64,000 nt of DNA from an uncultured bacterium (GTDB lineage Bacteria > Fidelibacterota > Marinisomatia > Marinisomatales > UBA1611), in contig CALSPG010000007.1 of the NCBI GenBank assembly GCA_943788175.1, positions 192,001-256,000 on the forward strand, read 5' to 3'. Each line of letters begins with the position of its first letter. The first letter of the stretch is position 1. The position numbers and the translations under genes were made by a program. The notes under the pieces were generated by a model that searched no databases, was not told the DNA's origin, and was given only the letters and a program-made list of their open reading frames with translations. Below are positions 1 to 9,979 of the stretch, piece after piece.

Positions 1-888
1 ACCTCTAGTTATTGGATTGTGGCTAGGAGGATAGTCTATGTTTGAAAACTCGTAAACCATCGGGTCTGAATAGATTGAAAAATCTTTGAAAGCCAAAGTT
101 TTAGAAAAATCTATTTTTTTGGGGAGATTTTTGTCCACAGGAGTACCATCAAATACGCTGTGAACGCCATCAATACCCTCTAATGATAGTGCGATGTCAT
201 AAGAATCAGTTGCTGAACACATAGCAAATAAAAACCCTCCATTTGATATATAACTTTTGATTATTCTAGAGATTGTCTTCTTTTCTTCGTGGACACTAAC
301 TATACCATATTTTTCAGCTAATGATTCAAATCTATTTTTCTGTTCAATATACCATGGAGCATTATGATAATTACGGTAGAATTTTCCATACTGGCCTGTA
401 AAATCTTCATGATGAAGGTGAAGCCAGTCATAATTTTCTAAACCATTGTTCAAGACTTCTTCATCCCATAATGTTTCATAATCTACTTCAGCATAAGTTA
501 GAGCAAGGGTAACTGCATCATCCCAAGGTTGCTTATTTGGGGGAGTGTAGATAGCAATCTTGGGCGCTTTTTCTAGGATCACAATATCCATATTATTTTT
601 TTCTATTGTAGAGTAGATATCTACAATTTCATTATTTATTTCTACATAAGAAACTCCTCTAATTTTACATTCAGTTTTAATTGAGGCCTGGCCATCAATT
701 AAAAAAGCTCCACCTTGAAAATTTAATAACCATTCTACATTTATATTTCTTTTTAATGCATAGAATGCTATGCCATAAGACTTTAGATGATCATTTTGAG
801 TTTGATCCATTGGGATAAGAATTTTTTGGCAAAAAATAGTTCCCGTTATAAATAAGCATGTTATTAAACTTTTATTAAATTTTTTCAT
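1..888 (-). CDS. Conserved FCB-group exported protein with class I glutamine amidotransferase-like domain (often labelled 'asparagine synthetase B'); runs off the window edge
   Basis: Not in ORF track; translated by hand from ATG at 888: MKKFNKSLITCLFITGTIFCQKILIPMDQTQNDHLKSYGIAF...PWDDAVTLALTYAE...DWLHLHHEDFTGQYGKFY...GGFLFAMCSATDSYDIAL; signal-peptide-like N-terminus; overlaps the stop of the upstream TPR gene. Confidence 0.8.
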   Translation of the reverse strand, partial: MKKFNKSLITCLFITGTIFCQKILIPMDQTQNDHLKSYGIAFYALKRNINVEWLLNFQGGAFLIDGQASIKTECKIRGVSYVEINNEIVDIYSTIEKNNMDIVILEKAPKIAIYTPPNKQPWDDAVTLALTYAEVDYETLWDEEVLNNGLENYDWLHLHHEDFTGQYGKFYRNYHNAPWYIEQKNRFESLAEKYGIVSVHEEKKTISRIIKSYISNGGFLFAMCSATDSYDIALSLEGIDGVHSVFDGTPVDKNLPKKIDFSKTLAFKDFSIYSDPMVYEFSNIDYPPSHNPITRG

Positions 889-2734
889 CGCTTTTAAGCT
901 TTCTTATATGGTATCTAATTGGTTCAGAAAAAATTGAATTTGGGAATTCGTTAATTACTTTCATATAGTGTCTCATTGCTATTTGTTTATCATGATATAT
1001 CTGTTCGTATATTTGTCCAGACATCACTTCACCTCTATCTGAGTAAATTGTATTTTTTAATTTTGTCAGTAAGTCTAAGGCCTCATTATATTTATCTAAT
1101 TTTGTTAAAATAATTGTTCTTCTTAAGCAAAGTAACGGGAAGAGCTTTTGTTCTTCATTTTGTTTAATTATGTATTTAAGTAATTGATTTGCTTCAGAAA
1201 TTTTTCTTTGCTTTAATAATGATTCTGACTTCAAGTATTTTATAAAACCTTCCTTACTTTTTTCATCAACCTCGACATAATAAAAATTTATAATATCTCT
1301 TAACTCCATTAGATCATTGAAATATTTATTTGTTGGCATTATTGTTAAAAATATTTCATTAATCATAATCAATGCTGTGTCTGGTCTTCCTGAAAATAGA
1401 TGCGTTTCTACTAATTTATTTTTTATTTCTAATGTTTGGTGAGTATTATACATTGAATCTAAAAACGAGATTGCCGTAGTAAAGTCGCCTTTTGCTTGTA
1501 GGACATCTGCAATCCTCAGTATAGTCTGTTGCTCGAGTGTTTTTGTTAATGACTTTGATAAAGCTGATTTATATAAAATGTAAGCTTTATCAAAGTCTTC
1601 AATTACTCTATATTGTATTTCGGCTAGACGAAACTCTGCTTCTGAAGCTAAAGAAGATTCTGGTATTGATGTTAAAACTGAATCATAAATTGAGAGACTC
1701 GAAGTCAAGTTTTCTGAAGAAATATTTGTGGACAGTTGGAATAAGTCTTCAAAGAAAATATTATCATTATAAAAATAGGGTATTAAATCGTTGCTCTTGG
1801 TTGGAAAAATTTGATCCTCAAACGTTTTTGCTAAACCTAATAATCCTTCACCATATTGATATCCTTTTAGGTTGTTTTTCAAGGTAAACTGATATGCTTT
1901 GATTGACAACAAATATTCATTTTCTTTTCTCAAATTATTTCCAAATGATAGCCATTTTTTTGCATTAAATGGTTCGCTTTTACTTAGTTCTATCAAAGCA
2001 TTAAAAGATTTTTGGAACTCACGGTGTTTAAAATAGTGGTTAGAGAGTATGGGTAAAGCAATCGAAGGTTGTCTTAGACTTGTTTCTAGTAACTTCATTT
2101 CAATAGTGTTTTTTGAATTAAAATCATCGCTCATTACTAGAATTTTTCGTGCGACTGTTGAAGATCTACCGGGATTAGATAATAATGAAGCAAGATACTC
2201 TTCTATTGCCTTATCATATTCGTTCCTTTTTTGATAATAATTCCCTAATTCTATTGATAAAAAACTTTTATCAAAGTTATTTCTCCCTGATTCTATCAGT
2301 TGAAAAACTTCAGTACTTAAGCTATATTTATCATAAATAGAAAATAATAACCTATGGAAAGAGCGGTTATTTTTAAAAAGAACTAACCCCTCAGCCCAGG
2401 TAGCTTTAGCTTTTACAATATTTTCATTTAAAAAATAAAACTCACCTAGTTCTATCTTTAATTGAATATCTTTTGAGTTTTTGGATAATTGATAAATTAG
2501 AAAATTAATCCCCTCATTGTACCTTTGGCTTTTTTTATAAAGGTTCTTCAAACTGCGAATTACTTGATAGTTGTTTGGACTTTTACTCAAGATGTCGTTG
2601 TAAACAAATATGGCTGAATCCCAGTTTTGTTGGATTTCATACATTCTTGCTGTTTTGATAGACGCGCTATATTGACCAATCAGCATGGATAAAAATAAGA
2701 TTTGACTTAATATTTTAACGATTAATAATCGCAT
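875..2734 (-). CDS. Exported tetratricopeptide-repeat protein
   Basis: 619 aa; N-terminal hydrophobic signal; repeated TPR-like helices (ELGEFYF, ELGNYYQKRNEYDKAIEEY, AEFRLAEI) and C-terminal YMKVINEFPNS. Confidence 0.75.
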   Translation of the reverse strand: MRLLIVKILSQILFLSMLIGQYSASIKTARMYEIQQNWDSAIFVYNDILSKSPNNYQVIRSLKNLYKKSQRYNEGINFLIYQLSKNSKDIQLKIELGEFYFLNENIVKAKATWAEGLVLFKNNRSFHRLLFSIYDKYSLSTEVFQLIESGRNNFDKSFLSIELGNYYQKRNEYDKAIEEYLASLLSNPGRSSTVARKILVMSDDFNSKNTIEMKLLETSLRQPSIALPILSNHYFKHREFQKSFNALIELSKSEPFNAKKWLSFGNNLRKENEYLLSIKAYQFTLKNNLKGYQYGEGLLGLAKTFEDQIFPTKSNDLIPYFYNDNIFFEDLFQLSTNISSENLTSSLSIYDSVLTSIPESSLASEAEFRLAEIQYRVIEDFDKAYILYKSALSKSLTKTLEQQTILRIADVLQAKGDFTTAISFLDSMYNTHQTLEIKNKLVETHLFSGRPDTALIMINEIFLTIMPTNKYFNDLMELRDIINFYYVEVDEKSKEGFIKYLKSESLLKQRKISEANQLLKYIIKQNEEQKLFPLLCLRRTIILTKLDKYNEALDLLTKLKNTIYSDRGEVMSGQIYEQIYHDKQIAMRHYMKVINEFPNSIFSEPIRYHIRKLKSDEKI

Positions 2735-5700
2735 CTTGCTTAATGGTTGGTTTTATTTGGCTCAAAGAATTAAAATATCTCTTTATCATTTTTTGGTATC
2801 CTCTACTGTAACCTGAGTTTAGAGATCGATTTAAAGCTTCTAATGCAAGATTTTCGCGCTGTCCCAAGCTAAGGGATAGATTTTTTGATGATGAGTGTGT
2901 ATACGTGCTATTTGCGGTGTAGGACTTTCGCTTTTCCTTGTACCCTCTTTGTGTTAATGATGTTTGACTATCAAGCATTCTAGATAAAATTCTACGTTGC
3001 TTATCTTTAGTCTTTTTATTGTATTTTAATTTTGATAAATCAGATATAACATCGTCAACGTCATTAGAAATTCCTTTTAAATCTCCTTGCCCATTTTTTT
3101 CTCCGGATTGCATCATCTCTTTTATCAATTTTTGCAAAGATTTTTGAACATTTTTTTGCCCTTGTAACATCGATTGTAATATCTGCTGCTTAGCAGACTC
3201 TGAAAGCTGACCCATGCCCATACCTGTTCCCTGCTGATTAAGGCTTTGTTGTTGACCTGCCATTTGCTGCATCATTTTTAAAAATTGCTCAAAACCGCTA
3301 GCAGAACCTGAAGATTGCATTTGTTGAATACTTTTAAAAAGACTTAATGCTGCAGTATTGAGTCCTTTCATTGCAAGTTCTTGATTATTAATTGCATTTC
3401 GTATGTTCCTGTTTGTTAATTCTGATTTTGTTTTTTCAATAGAGTTGTTGACTCCACCAATCGCTTTTCCAATTTCAGGGGTTATTGAAAATGTTTCTTT
3501 AGATAACTCAACCATATTCTTGGTAGTTTGCCTCAATTGATCTTGTATAAGTTGCTGTCTATATGCCATTGTTTTTAATTGTGAAGAGTTCCTAGATAGC
3601 AGAGCTGTTTCCTCTTTTATGTCTTCTTGTACTTTTGATAAGTATAAAACATCTCGCATTATTTTTGCTAATTTTGTTGCCATTTCTGAGACTGTTTCAT
3701 TTTGAAATTCTTTTTGAAGCATCGAAAGCTCATTTTGAAGATTATGTAAGTTATTTAATGATTTTTGGCTAGATGATTTTGCGCTTTTATTCTTTTGCAA
3801 GTTTGAAATAGTATTTTCTATATTGGTTTTTGCATTTTTATAATTGGCGCTAGTGCTCAATTCCTGAAGCTTATCAGCTGACGTTTTACTAAATGGTTCA
3901 ATAAGCTCAGATGCAGTTTTGATTTCAGCATTTAATTTCTTTAATTCATTAAGTAGCCTAGATTCTTCTTGCGCGATTCTTTGAATATTATTTTTATCTG
4001 GAAGAGATTCAGCATCTTTAATGTCTCCATCAAGTTTACTTTTTTGTTGAGTTAACTTTTCTAACCTATTTTTTAATTCATCTAATTTTTGTTCTGCTTT
4101 CAACCTCTTAAAAATATCAATATATCTATCAAGCTCAGATTCTATTTCTGCAATATTACTTGCCATTTTTTCTAAAGATTTTTGCAAATCTTCTAAGTCC
4201 ATTTCTTCGAGCGAATTTTGGAGTTCATTTAGATCGCTCAGAATGTCTTCTGGAATGATTTCATTAATTAAGTTTGAAAGTTCTTTGAATTTTTCTGATA
4301 AGTCGGGAATGAGAAGGTTATGTTTCTCGCTTTCTTCCATCAAGCTTTCCATTGCGTTTGAAATGCTTTTTATTCGCTCAAGTTCATCTTTTGCTTTTGA
4401 GACCATTTCTTTAATTTTCTGTTGATCTTCCCACTCTAATTCATCTTCGGTTTTTAAAACATTCAACTCCATTTTTTCTAATTGTTCTTTTAAGTTAATT
4501 AGCTCATCTACACTATCATTGAGTTGATCTTCAATATTTTCTTCTTCACTTTCCATTTCTTTATATAAATCAGCAAGAGAAGGAACCTTAGCGATTAGTT
4601 TTTCTGATATCGTTTTTTTTGGCCCTGATATATTGTCATTATCTGTAAGTTCTAAATGGTAATGAACTTCATCGTCTGGCATAAGCATTATTTCAGATAA
4701 ATCCCAAGGCGTTTTTATATTTTGGTAATTAGTGTCTTGATCAAGATCTGGGATTATGAACATTGCGATATAGGGTTCTACATTTAAATATTTTGGTCTA
4801 ATAACTTCATAAGCTAATTGGAGTTTATCAAAACCAAAGTCGTCTTTTATTTCTAAATCAAATGGTATTATTTGATTATTCCCTAGTGTTATTAATCGAC
4901 CGGGGTTTTTTATCTTTATGGTTGGCTTAAAGTCAGATAGAATGTTTATTTTGTATTCAATTGGGTCTCTGTTTGTAATTCCTCTAGGGTCAACTATATA
5001 AACTGAAAAGTGGCCATCACTTTTTAAATTAAATCCTCCGAGTGCAGTATTTTCAAAAGTTCTTAAATATTTTATTGAATCGTTATGTTTTATAAAACTG
5101 GATTTGAGCATTCTATTACTTAATAAGTTTATTTTCATCTCAGACCCTCTTAGAGCTTGGACTGAGGCGATGCTCCCATCAAGCGTTTCAGATGGCAGTT
5201 TTGAATAAGAGGGCGGAATTATAAGAATTTCAAATTCCTCAAATTTTGGTCTATCTGTAACAAAAATTGTATCAGGTGTTGAGGTAACAGATTTCCAAGC
5301 TTCATAAAAATATTCTGCATTTACAATTGCCTTGTATGCATAATCTTGGAACAGCTCTGGTAATTGAAATTGATAAAAACCATTTTCATCTCTTTCAGTT
5401 TTAAGCGTAATGGTAGCTGAATCGCGTTTGCTTGTAGATATTTGTGTTGGTGTTAGACTTAAAAAAATAGAATCTGGAGTTGAGCCCTCGGAAATAATTG
5501 TAACTGAGATTTTTTCACCTCCAAGAATATTTTGATTTTTAGTCAAGCTGTATAACTGGAAGGGTTTTGGAGCATAAAACTTTTCATTATAGTTTTTCCA
5601 TCTGTAGAATGACTTCCCACTTTGTTTAGAAAATATGGATAAAGCCATAATAGATAAAAACATGATGACAAACGTAATCATTTTTATGTTTAAAAGAGGC

Positions 5701-6140
5701 TTTTTATCTATGAGATTGCTTGGAATGTGATTTTGCATTTTTTTTGCAACTTCTCTAGTAAAATTATTTGCGAGCTCATTAGATTGACTTTTGTTTTTTG
5801 AAGTTTCAATTTGGAATGCATTTAAAGCAGTGTCTGCATTTTTAGGAAAAATATTTTTACCAATTATTTTTGCAAGTGTTACCGAAGTGTAGCTTTTAAA
5901 ATAATTATGTTTTACTAGAAATAAAAAACCCCCAATGAAGAAAACAGTTATGGTAGACATAATAAAAATAATTCTGATAATTATTTTTTTTGTTTCAGGG
6001 GAAAAGTAAAAAACTGATTCAAGTAATATCAGACATAGCGAAGTTGAAATAATAATTATGACAAATAAAAACAGGGCACTAAACAAATCTGTTTTGAGTT
6101 TTTCTTGTTTTAACGACTTTAAATAACTCGATATTTTCAT
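2715..6140 (-). CDS. DUF4175-like membrane-anchored protein (N-terminal TMs, Ig-like beta domains, long coiled coil)
   Basis: 1141 aa; three N-terminal hydrophobic helices, PPSYSKLP, DDFGF and DNDNISGPK motifs, Q/E/K-rich coiled coil, C-terminal RQRRILSRMLD...YFNSL. Confidence 0.7.
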   Translation of the reverse strand: MKISSYLKSLKQEKLKTDLFSALFLFVIIIISTSLCLILLESVFYFSPETKKIIIRIIFIMSTITVFFIGGFLFLVKHNYFKSYTSVTLAKIIGKNIFPKNADTALNAFQIETSKNKSQSNELANNFTREVAKKMQNHIPSNLIDKKPLLNIKMITFVIMFLSIMALSIFSKQSGKSFYRWKNYNEKFYAPKPFQLYSLTKNQNILGGEKISVTIISEGSTPDSIFLSLTPTQISTSKRDSATITLKTERDENGFYQFQLPELFQDYAYKAIVNAEYFYEAWKSVTSTPDTIFVTDRPKFEEFEILIIPPSYSKLPSETLDGSIASVQALRGSEMKINLLSNRMLKSSFIKHNDSIKYLRTFENTALGGFNLKSDGHFSVYIVDPRGITNRDPIEYKINILSDFKPTIKIKNPGRLITLGNNQIIPFDLEIKDDFGFDKLQLAYEVIRPKYLNVEPYIAMFIIPDLDQDTNYQNIKTPWDLSEIMLMPDDEVHYHLELTDNDNISGPKKTISEKLIAKVPSLADLYKEMESEEENIEDQLNDSVDELINLKEQLEKMELNVLKTEDELEWEDQQKIKEMVSKAKDELERIKSISNAMESLMEESEKHNLLIPDLSEKFKELSNLINEIIPEDILSDLNELQNSLEEMDLEDLQKSLEKMASNIAEIESELDRYIDIFKRLKAEQKLDELKNRLEKLTQQKSKLDGDIKDAESLPDKNNIQRIAQEESRLLNELKKLNAEIKTASELIEPFSKTSADKLQELSTSANYKNAKTNIENTISNLQKNKSAKSSSQKSLNNLHNLQNELSMLQKEFQNETVSEMATKLAKIMRDVLYLSKVQEDIKEETALLSRNSSQLKTMAYRQQLIQDQLRQTTKNMVELSKETFSITPEIGKAIGGVNNSIEKTKSELTNRNIRNAINNQELAMKGLNTAALSLFKSIQQMQSSGSASGFEQFLKMMQQMAGQQQSLNQQGTGMGMGQLSESAKQQILQSMLQGQKNVQKSLQKLIKEMMQSGEKNGQGDLKGISNDVDDVISDLSKLKYNKKTKDKQRRILSRMLDSQTSLTQRGYKEKRKSYTANSTYTHSSSKNLSLSLGQRENLALEALNRSLNSGYSRGYQKMIKRYFNSLSQIKPTIKQDAIINR

Positions 6141-6141
6141 A

Positions 6142-6783
6142 CTATTGTGTGAGCGCGAAGTATATGATATTTACTCCCATTTTCAATGACTCTTGTCTCA
6201 CTTCCCAGGGGTTATTGTGAACAGACTCATCTTCCCAGCCATCTCCTAAATCTGTTTCGTAGGTGTATAGAATTATTAAGGCCTCGTCTTCAAATATACC
6301 GAATGCTTGAGGAGATTTATTGTCATGTTCATGGATTTTTGGAAGCCCATTTTTAAATGTAAAATAAGATGAAAATATTGGGTGATTATGAGGGAGTTCA
6401 ACGAAATCTTTATTAGGAAAGACTCTCTTTATTTCCCTCCTAAAGGATTTATCCATGCCGTAATTATCATCAGCATGAAGGAATCCCCCGCTCGTGAGGA
6501 TTGATCTTAGAGCTATTATTTCATTTTCAGAAAACTTGATATTGCCATGTCCAGTCATGTAAAGATAAGGGTAGTGTTTAGCATTATTATCTGTTAGTTT
6601 TATTTTTATTTCAGCACCTGCTTTTTTCATAGGCGTATGGGTTTTGAGATAGTCCAGTAAATTAGGCAAACTGCTTGGGTCCGAATACCAGTCCCCGCCA
6701 CCGCTGTACTGAATTCTCGCAATGTTAAACTCCTGAGAATATAAAAAGCAGGTCAATATAAATGAGATTATGCAGTGTTTCAT
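6142..6783 (-). CDS. DUF4159 domain protein
   Basis: Motifs IARIQYSGGGDWYSDP, YMTGHG, GGFLHADDNYG, LPKIHEHD, DLGDGWED, MGVNIIYFALT; signal peptide. Confidence 0.85.
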   Translation of the reverse strand: MKHCIISFILTCFLYSQEFNIARIQYSGGGDWYSDPSSLPNLLDYLKTHTPMKKAGAEIKIKLTDNNAKHYPYLYMTGHGNIKFSENEIIALRSILTSGGFLHADDNYGMDKSFRREIKRVFPNKDFVELPHNHPIFSSYFTFKNGLPKIHEHDNKSPQAFGIFEDEALIILYTYETDLGDGWEDESVHNNPWEVRQESLKMGVNIIYFALTQ

Positions 6784-6835
6784 GTCAATGTATTAATGGC
6801 TAAAGTTTAAGCTTTAGAATATACTGAGTCTCTCA

Positions 6836-6863
6836 TTGTAAAAGATATATGAATACTTAAATT
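6836..6863 (+). promoter_or_regulatory. Putative sigma70-type promoter, leaderless geometry
   Basis: TTGTAA (6836-6841)-N16-TAAATT (6858-6863), 6 nt before ATG 6870; no SD. Confidence 0.4.
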
Positions 6864-6869
6864 GTATCA

Positions 6870-8720
6870 ATGATAAAACAGAATATATTTAATTGTATAA
6901 TATTAATTATTACTATTTCATCTTTCTTGAGTTCTCAAACTAGAACTGAGAAAGAACCAAAAAGTTATTTTTGGGGTCTGATAAATATTCCTTACGATAA
7001 TAACTATGAAAAAGTTCCTATTTATGATAGACTTTTTAGAAGCAGGGAATTTGCATCCCCTATTACTTATATGCCGATTGAAATGCGTTATGGTTTAGGA
7101 GTAACAGGGAAACTAACTGGTAGTGCTGCAACGCCCTCTGCTGGAGATTTAGACAATTGGATTTGGTTTGATAAAGAAGTGACTTCTCTAGACCAAGGTA
7201 TTCAAAATATAGCAGGTACTTCTTTAGATATTGACTTCGGAATGATTAATATCCCAAACTTAATTATGAAAACTAGCTGGATGAATATAGTGACTGGTTT
7301 TAATTATAGATCTAGTTCTATTTTTTCTCCAAAAAATATACCAGATGATTGGAAAGATGGTACCTCTTTAAGTGAAGAAACGATTCAGTTTAAACCTGAT
7401 ATCAAAGAATACCTTATTACAAACTCCATACAATGGCAGCCTTATAATTCATGGTATTTAAACTTAAGGTATGGTTACGGATTGGCTTTTTCAAATTTTT
7501 ATTTTAACGAAGAACTAGAAACTATGAATGAATCCCCTGCGGGTAGTGGAACTTCAATGAATATTGGCTTTGGTTTTCGATATATAATTGATCCTGGTAA
7601 ATCAAACCGTTTTTCAATTGGATTTGATTTGAGACATTCTTACACAAAAATAAATAAGATAGATGACCCCCAGGATATAACCCCTGTAAATAGATTTGAC
7701 ATTGCGAATTATGGACTTTATTTAACTCTATCAACTTTTTATGGAGGCAAAAAAACAACCGGAGATGAAGCAAAGAGTATTTACTATAAAAAAGATTATA
7801 TAATCGCAAAAAGAAAATTTTTAGAATTTATTAACTCATATCCAAATCATTCTAACAAATATAGGGCATTAAAATTTATTGATATGTGTAATAAAAGAAT
7901 ACCATATCAAATTATGGAAGAAGGTCTATATTTTGATGACATCGGTGATTCTGAAAAGGCTCTTGATAAATATATTAAAGCAAGAGCAAGAGTTGTAACT
8001 AATGATAGTCTTATTGTTAGATCTTTAAATTTTCGCATAGATGAAATAGCTAGAAAATGGATGAACTCTGCAGAATTACTGCTTGATCGGGGTTTTTATA
8101 AGGATGCGCTCAATCTTGTAAAAAAGGTTTCTCAGTTTTCAGAAGTTGATCAAAAAATATTAGATAAATTCAATTCATATGTAATACTTGAGCAGGGACA
8201 AAAGCTACAATCAATATTGATATTTGGTAAGGCTATGACAAAATATTCAGAGGCGCTCAAGTTAAATAGCGAATTAGAATCAAATATTAGGGCACTGCAA
8301 TATCAAGCTGGAATTCAATTAGTGGAGTTAGCAGATAAAGTAAAAGATTTTGATGAAATAGTCTTAGCAGTTCAGTCATTAGAAGAAGCTGCAAAATTGA
8401 CTTCTAGTATTGGGCAAAGAAACGAACAATTGCTTAAAGATTTAAAACTTAAATTAAACAAGTATAGCGAATACAAATCAAAAATGATTATCAATCATGA
8501 GATGTCAAAAGCAAGATATGTTCAAGCGATAGCACGTGCTCCACGCTTAACAATTGGTATGACTCTCCCTTTAATTGAAGAACTCCTTGGCAAACCGCAT
8601 GAGAAAGTTGTTTCTGATGATTTAAATCAAAAAGAGCAACTGTGGGTATACTTTTTAAAAGATAAAAATCTAGAACTTTCTTTTAAAGATTTTATTTTAT
8701 TTAAAGTTGAAGAAAAATAG
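6870..8720 (+). CDS. Exported hypothetical protein: predicted OM beta-barrel + TPR region + C-terminal SmpA/OmlA(BamE)-like domain
   Basis: Signal peptide; alternating aromatic beta-strands (WYLNLRYGYGLA, IGFGFRYII, FSIGFDLRHSY, YGLYLTLSTFY); TPR-like helices; C-terminal IGMTLPLIEELLGKP...EQLWVY. Confidence 0.55.
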   Translation: MIKQNIFNCIILIITISSFLSSQTRTEKEPKSYFWGLINIPYDNNYEKVPIYDRLFRSREFASPITYMPIEMRYGLGVTGKLTGSAATPSAGDLDNWIWFDKEVTSLDQGIQNIAGTSLDIDFGMINIPNLIMKTSWMNIVTGFNYRSSSIFSPKNIPDDWKDGTSLSEETIQFKPDIKEYLITNSIQWQPYNSWYLNLRYGYGLAFSNFYFNEELETMNESPAGSGTSMNIGFGFRYIIDPGKSNRFSIGFDLRHSYTKINKIDDPQDITPVNRFDIANYGLYLTLSTFYGGKKTTGDEAKSIYYKKDYIIAKRKFLEFINSYPNHSNKYRALKFIDMCNKRIPYQIMEEGLYFDDIGDSEKALDKYIKARARVVTNDSLIVRSLNFRIDEIARKWMNSAELLLDRGFYKDALNLVKKVSQFSEVDQKILDKFNSYVILEQGQKLQSILIFGKAMTKYSEALKLNSELESNIRALQYQAGIQLVELADKVKDFDEIVLAVQSLEEAAKLTSSIGQRNEQLLKDLKLKLNKYSEYKSKMIINHEMSKARYVQAIARAPRLTIGMTLPLIEELLGKPHEKVVSDDLNQKEQLWVYFLKDKNLELSFKDFILFKVEEK

Positions 8721-8744
8721 TTGCTTAAAAGAAAATAAAGTGCG

Positions 8745-8774
8745 TTGTAATCAGTGAATTAATCTGACTAGCTT
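8745..8774 (+). promoter_or_regulatory. Putative sigma70-type promoter, leaderless geometry
   Basis: TTGTAA (8745-8750)-N18-TAGCTT (8769-8774), 7 nt before ATG 8782; no SD. Confidence 0.4.
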
Positions 8775-8781
8775 TCATTAG

Positions 8782-9978
8782 ATGAAAATATTAAATAAAA
8801 TAATACTTCTCTGCTTTTTTATGCGTTTTCTTTATCCACAATCATCTCAAAGAGATTATAGTGAAGAACTTAGGTATCAAAATGATGCCATAAATAAAAT
8901 GAAAAAAGAAATTGAAAAACTAAGCTCAAAACTTAGGAAAGCAAATATTAATGAGACTACTACTTCAAAGAGGATTACAAATCTTGATGAGGAGTTAGCA
9001 CTAGTAAATAAATTAATTCAGTCATTAAAAAAAGAAGAGAATTTTAATCGCGACAAGGTAAATAATTTAAAAAGCAGAATAAAAATTAAAGAAGATGAAT
9101 TAAGCTTGCTCAGATTAAGGTATGAGCAGAGAATTATTAATACATATTTGAAAGGTCGAGTTTCAGATTTAGAAAAAGTTTTGTCTTCAACTTCATGGCG
9201 GCAGGCGGTATATAGAACACAATATCTTAAAATAGTTTCTTCAATTGAGCAAAAAATGACAAAAGAGATTGAGAGCATTTTATTAGTAATAAATAAAGAT
9301 AAATTAAAGCTTGAATCACTTTTAAGGCAAAGTATTGCTTTAAAAAGGGATAAGCAAAAACAAATGGCCTCACTTCGGAAAATGAGGATAAAGAGAGAAA
9401 AAGAGCTAAATAGAATCAGGCAGGACAAATCGGCATTAGCTAACTATATGCAGGAAAAATCTTCTGGCGTAAAACAACTTGAATCTATTATTAAAAAAGT
9501 ATTAGAAGATAAGGCGCGGAATGAACGAGAAGCGAGGATAAGACAACAACAACAAGCGCTTAAAACTAAAGAGTTTAATTTGTTAAGAGGTCAATTGCCT
9601 TGGCCAACTGAGGGAAGAGTTATTTCAAAATTTGGTAAGCAATGGAATTCGCGATTAAAAACGACGACAGATAATCCAGGCATTGATATAAAAGGACAAC
9701 CCGGGTCATCTATTCGATCTACAATGAGTGGAGTGGTTACTACAATTACCTATATAAGAGGATATGGAACGACAATAATTATAGATCACGGTGGCGGATT
9801 TTATACTGTATATAGCCATGTAACGAATATCCAAACGCAAGTAGATAGTGAAGTTAGGTCAGGCGATGTAATTGCATATATGGGAGATTCTGGATCAGTA
9901 AATGGGGCCAAATTACATTTTGAAGTCTGGGGAAAGGGACAAAAGCTCAACCCCGAGGAATGGCTAACAAAAAAATAA
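8782..9978 (+). CDS. envC: Murein hydrolase activator EnvC-like (coiled coil + degenerate M23/LytM domain)
   Basis: Long N-terminal coiled coil; GQLPWPTEG, NPGIDI, YTVYSH, KLHFEVW; metal ligands degenerate as in EnvC. Confidence 0.8.
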   Translation: MKILNKIILLCFFMRFLYPQSSQRDYSEELRYQNDAINKMKKEIEKLSSKLRKANINETTTSKRITNLDEELALVNKLIQSLKKEENFNRDKVNNLKSRIKIKEDELSLLRLRYEQRIINTYLKGRVSDLEKVLSSTSWRQAVYRTQYLKIVSSIEQKMTKEIESILLVINKDKLKLESLLRQSIALKRDKQKQMASLRKMRIKREKELNRIRQDKSALANYMQEKSSGVKQLESIIKKVLEDKARNEREARIRQQQQALKTKEFNLLRGQLPWPTEGRVISKFGKQWNSRLKTTTDNPGIDIKGQPGSSIRSTMSGVVTTITYIRGYGTTIIIDHGGGFYTVYSHVTNIQTQVDSEVRSGDVIAYMGDSGSVNGAKLHFEVWGKGQKLNPEEWLTKK

Positions 9979-9979
9979 A

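Noticed and set aside
1-888. Assignment as a true asparagine synthetase B
   Set aside because: No N-terminal Ntn Cys or SGGLDS motif in the visible part, and it has a signal peptide
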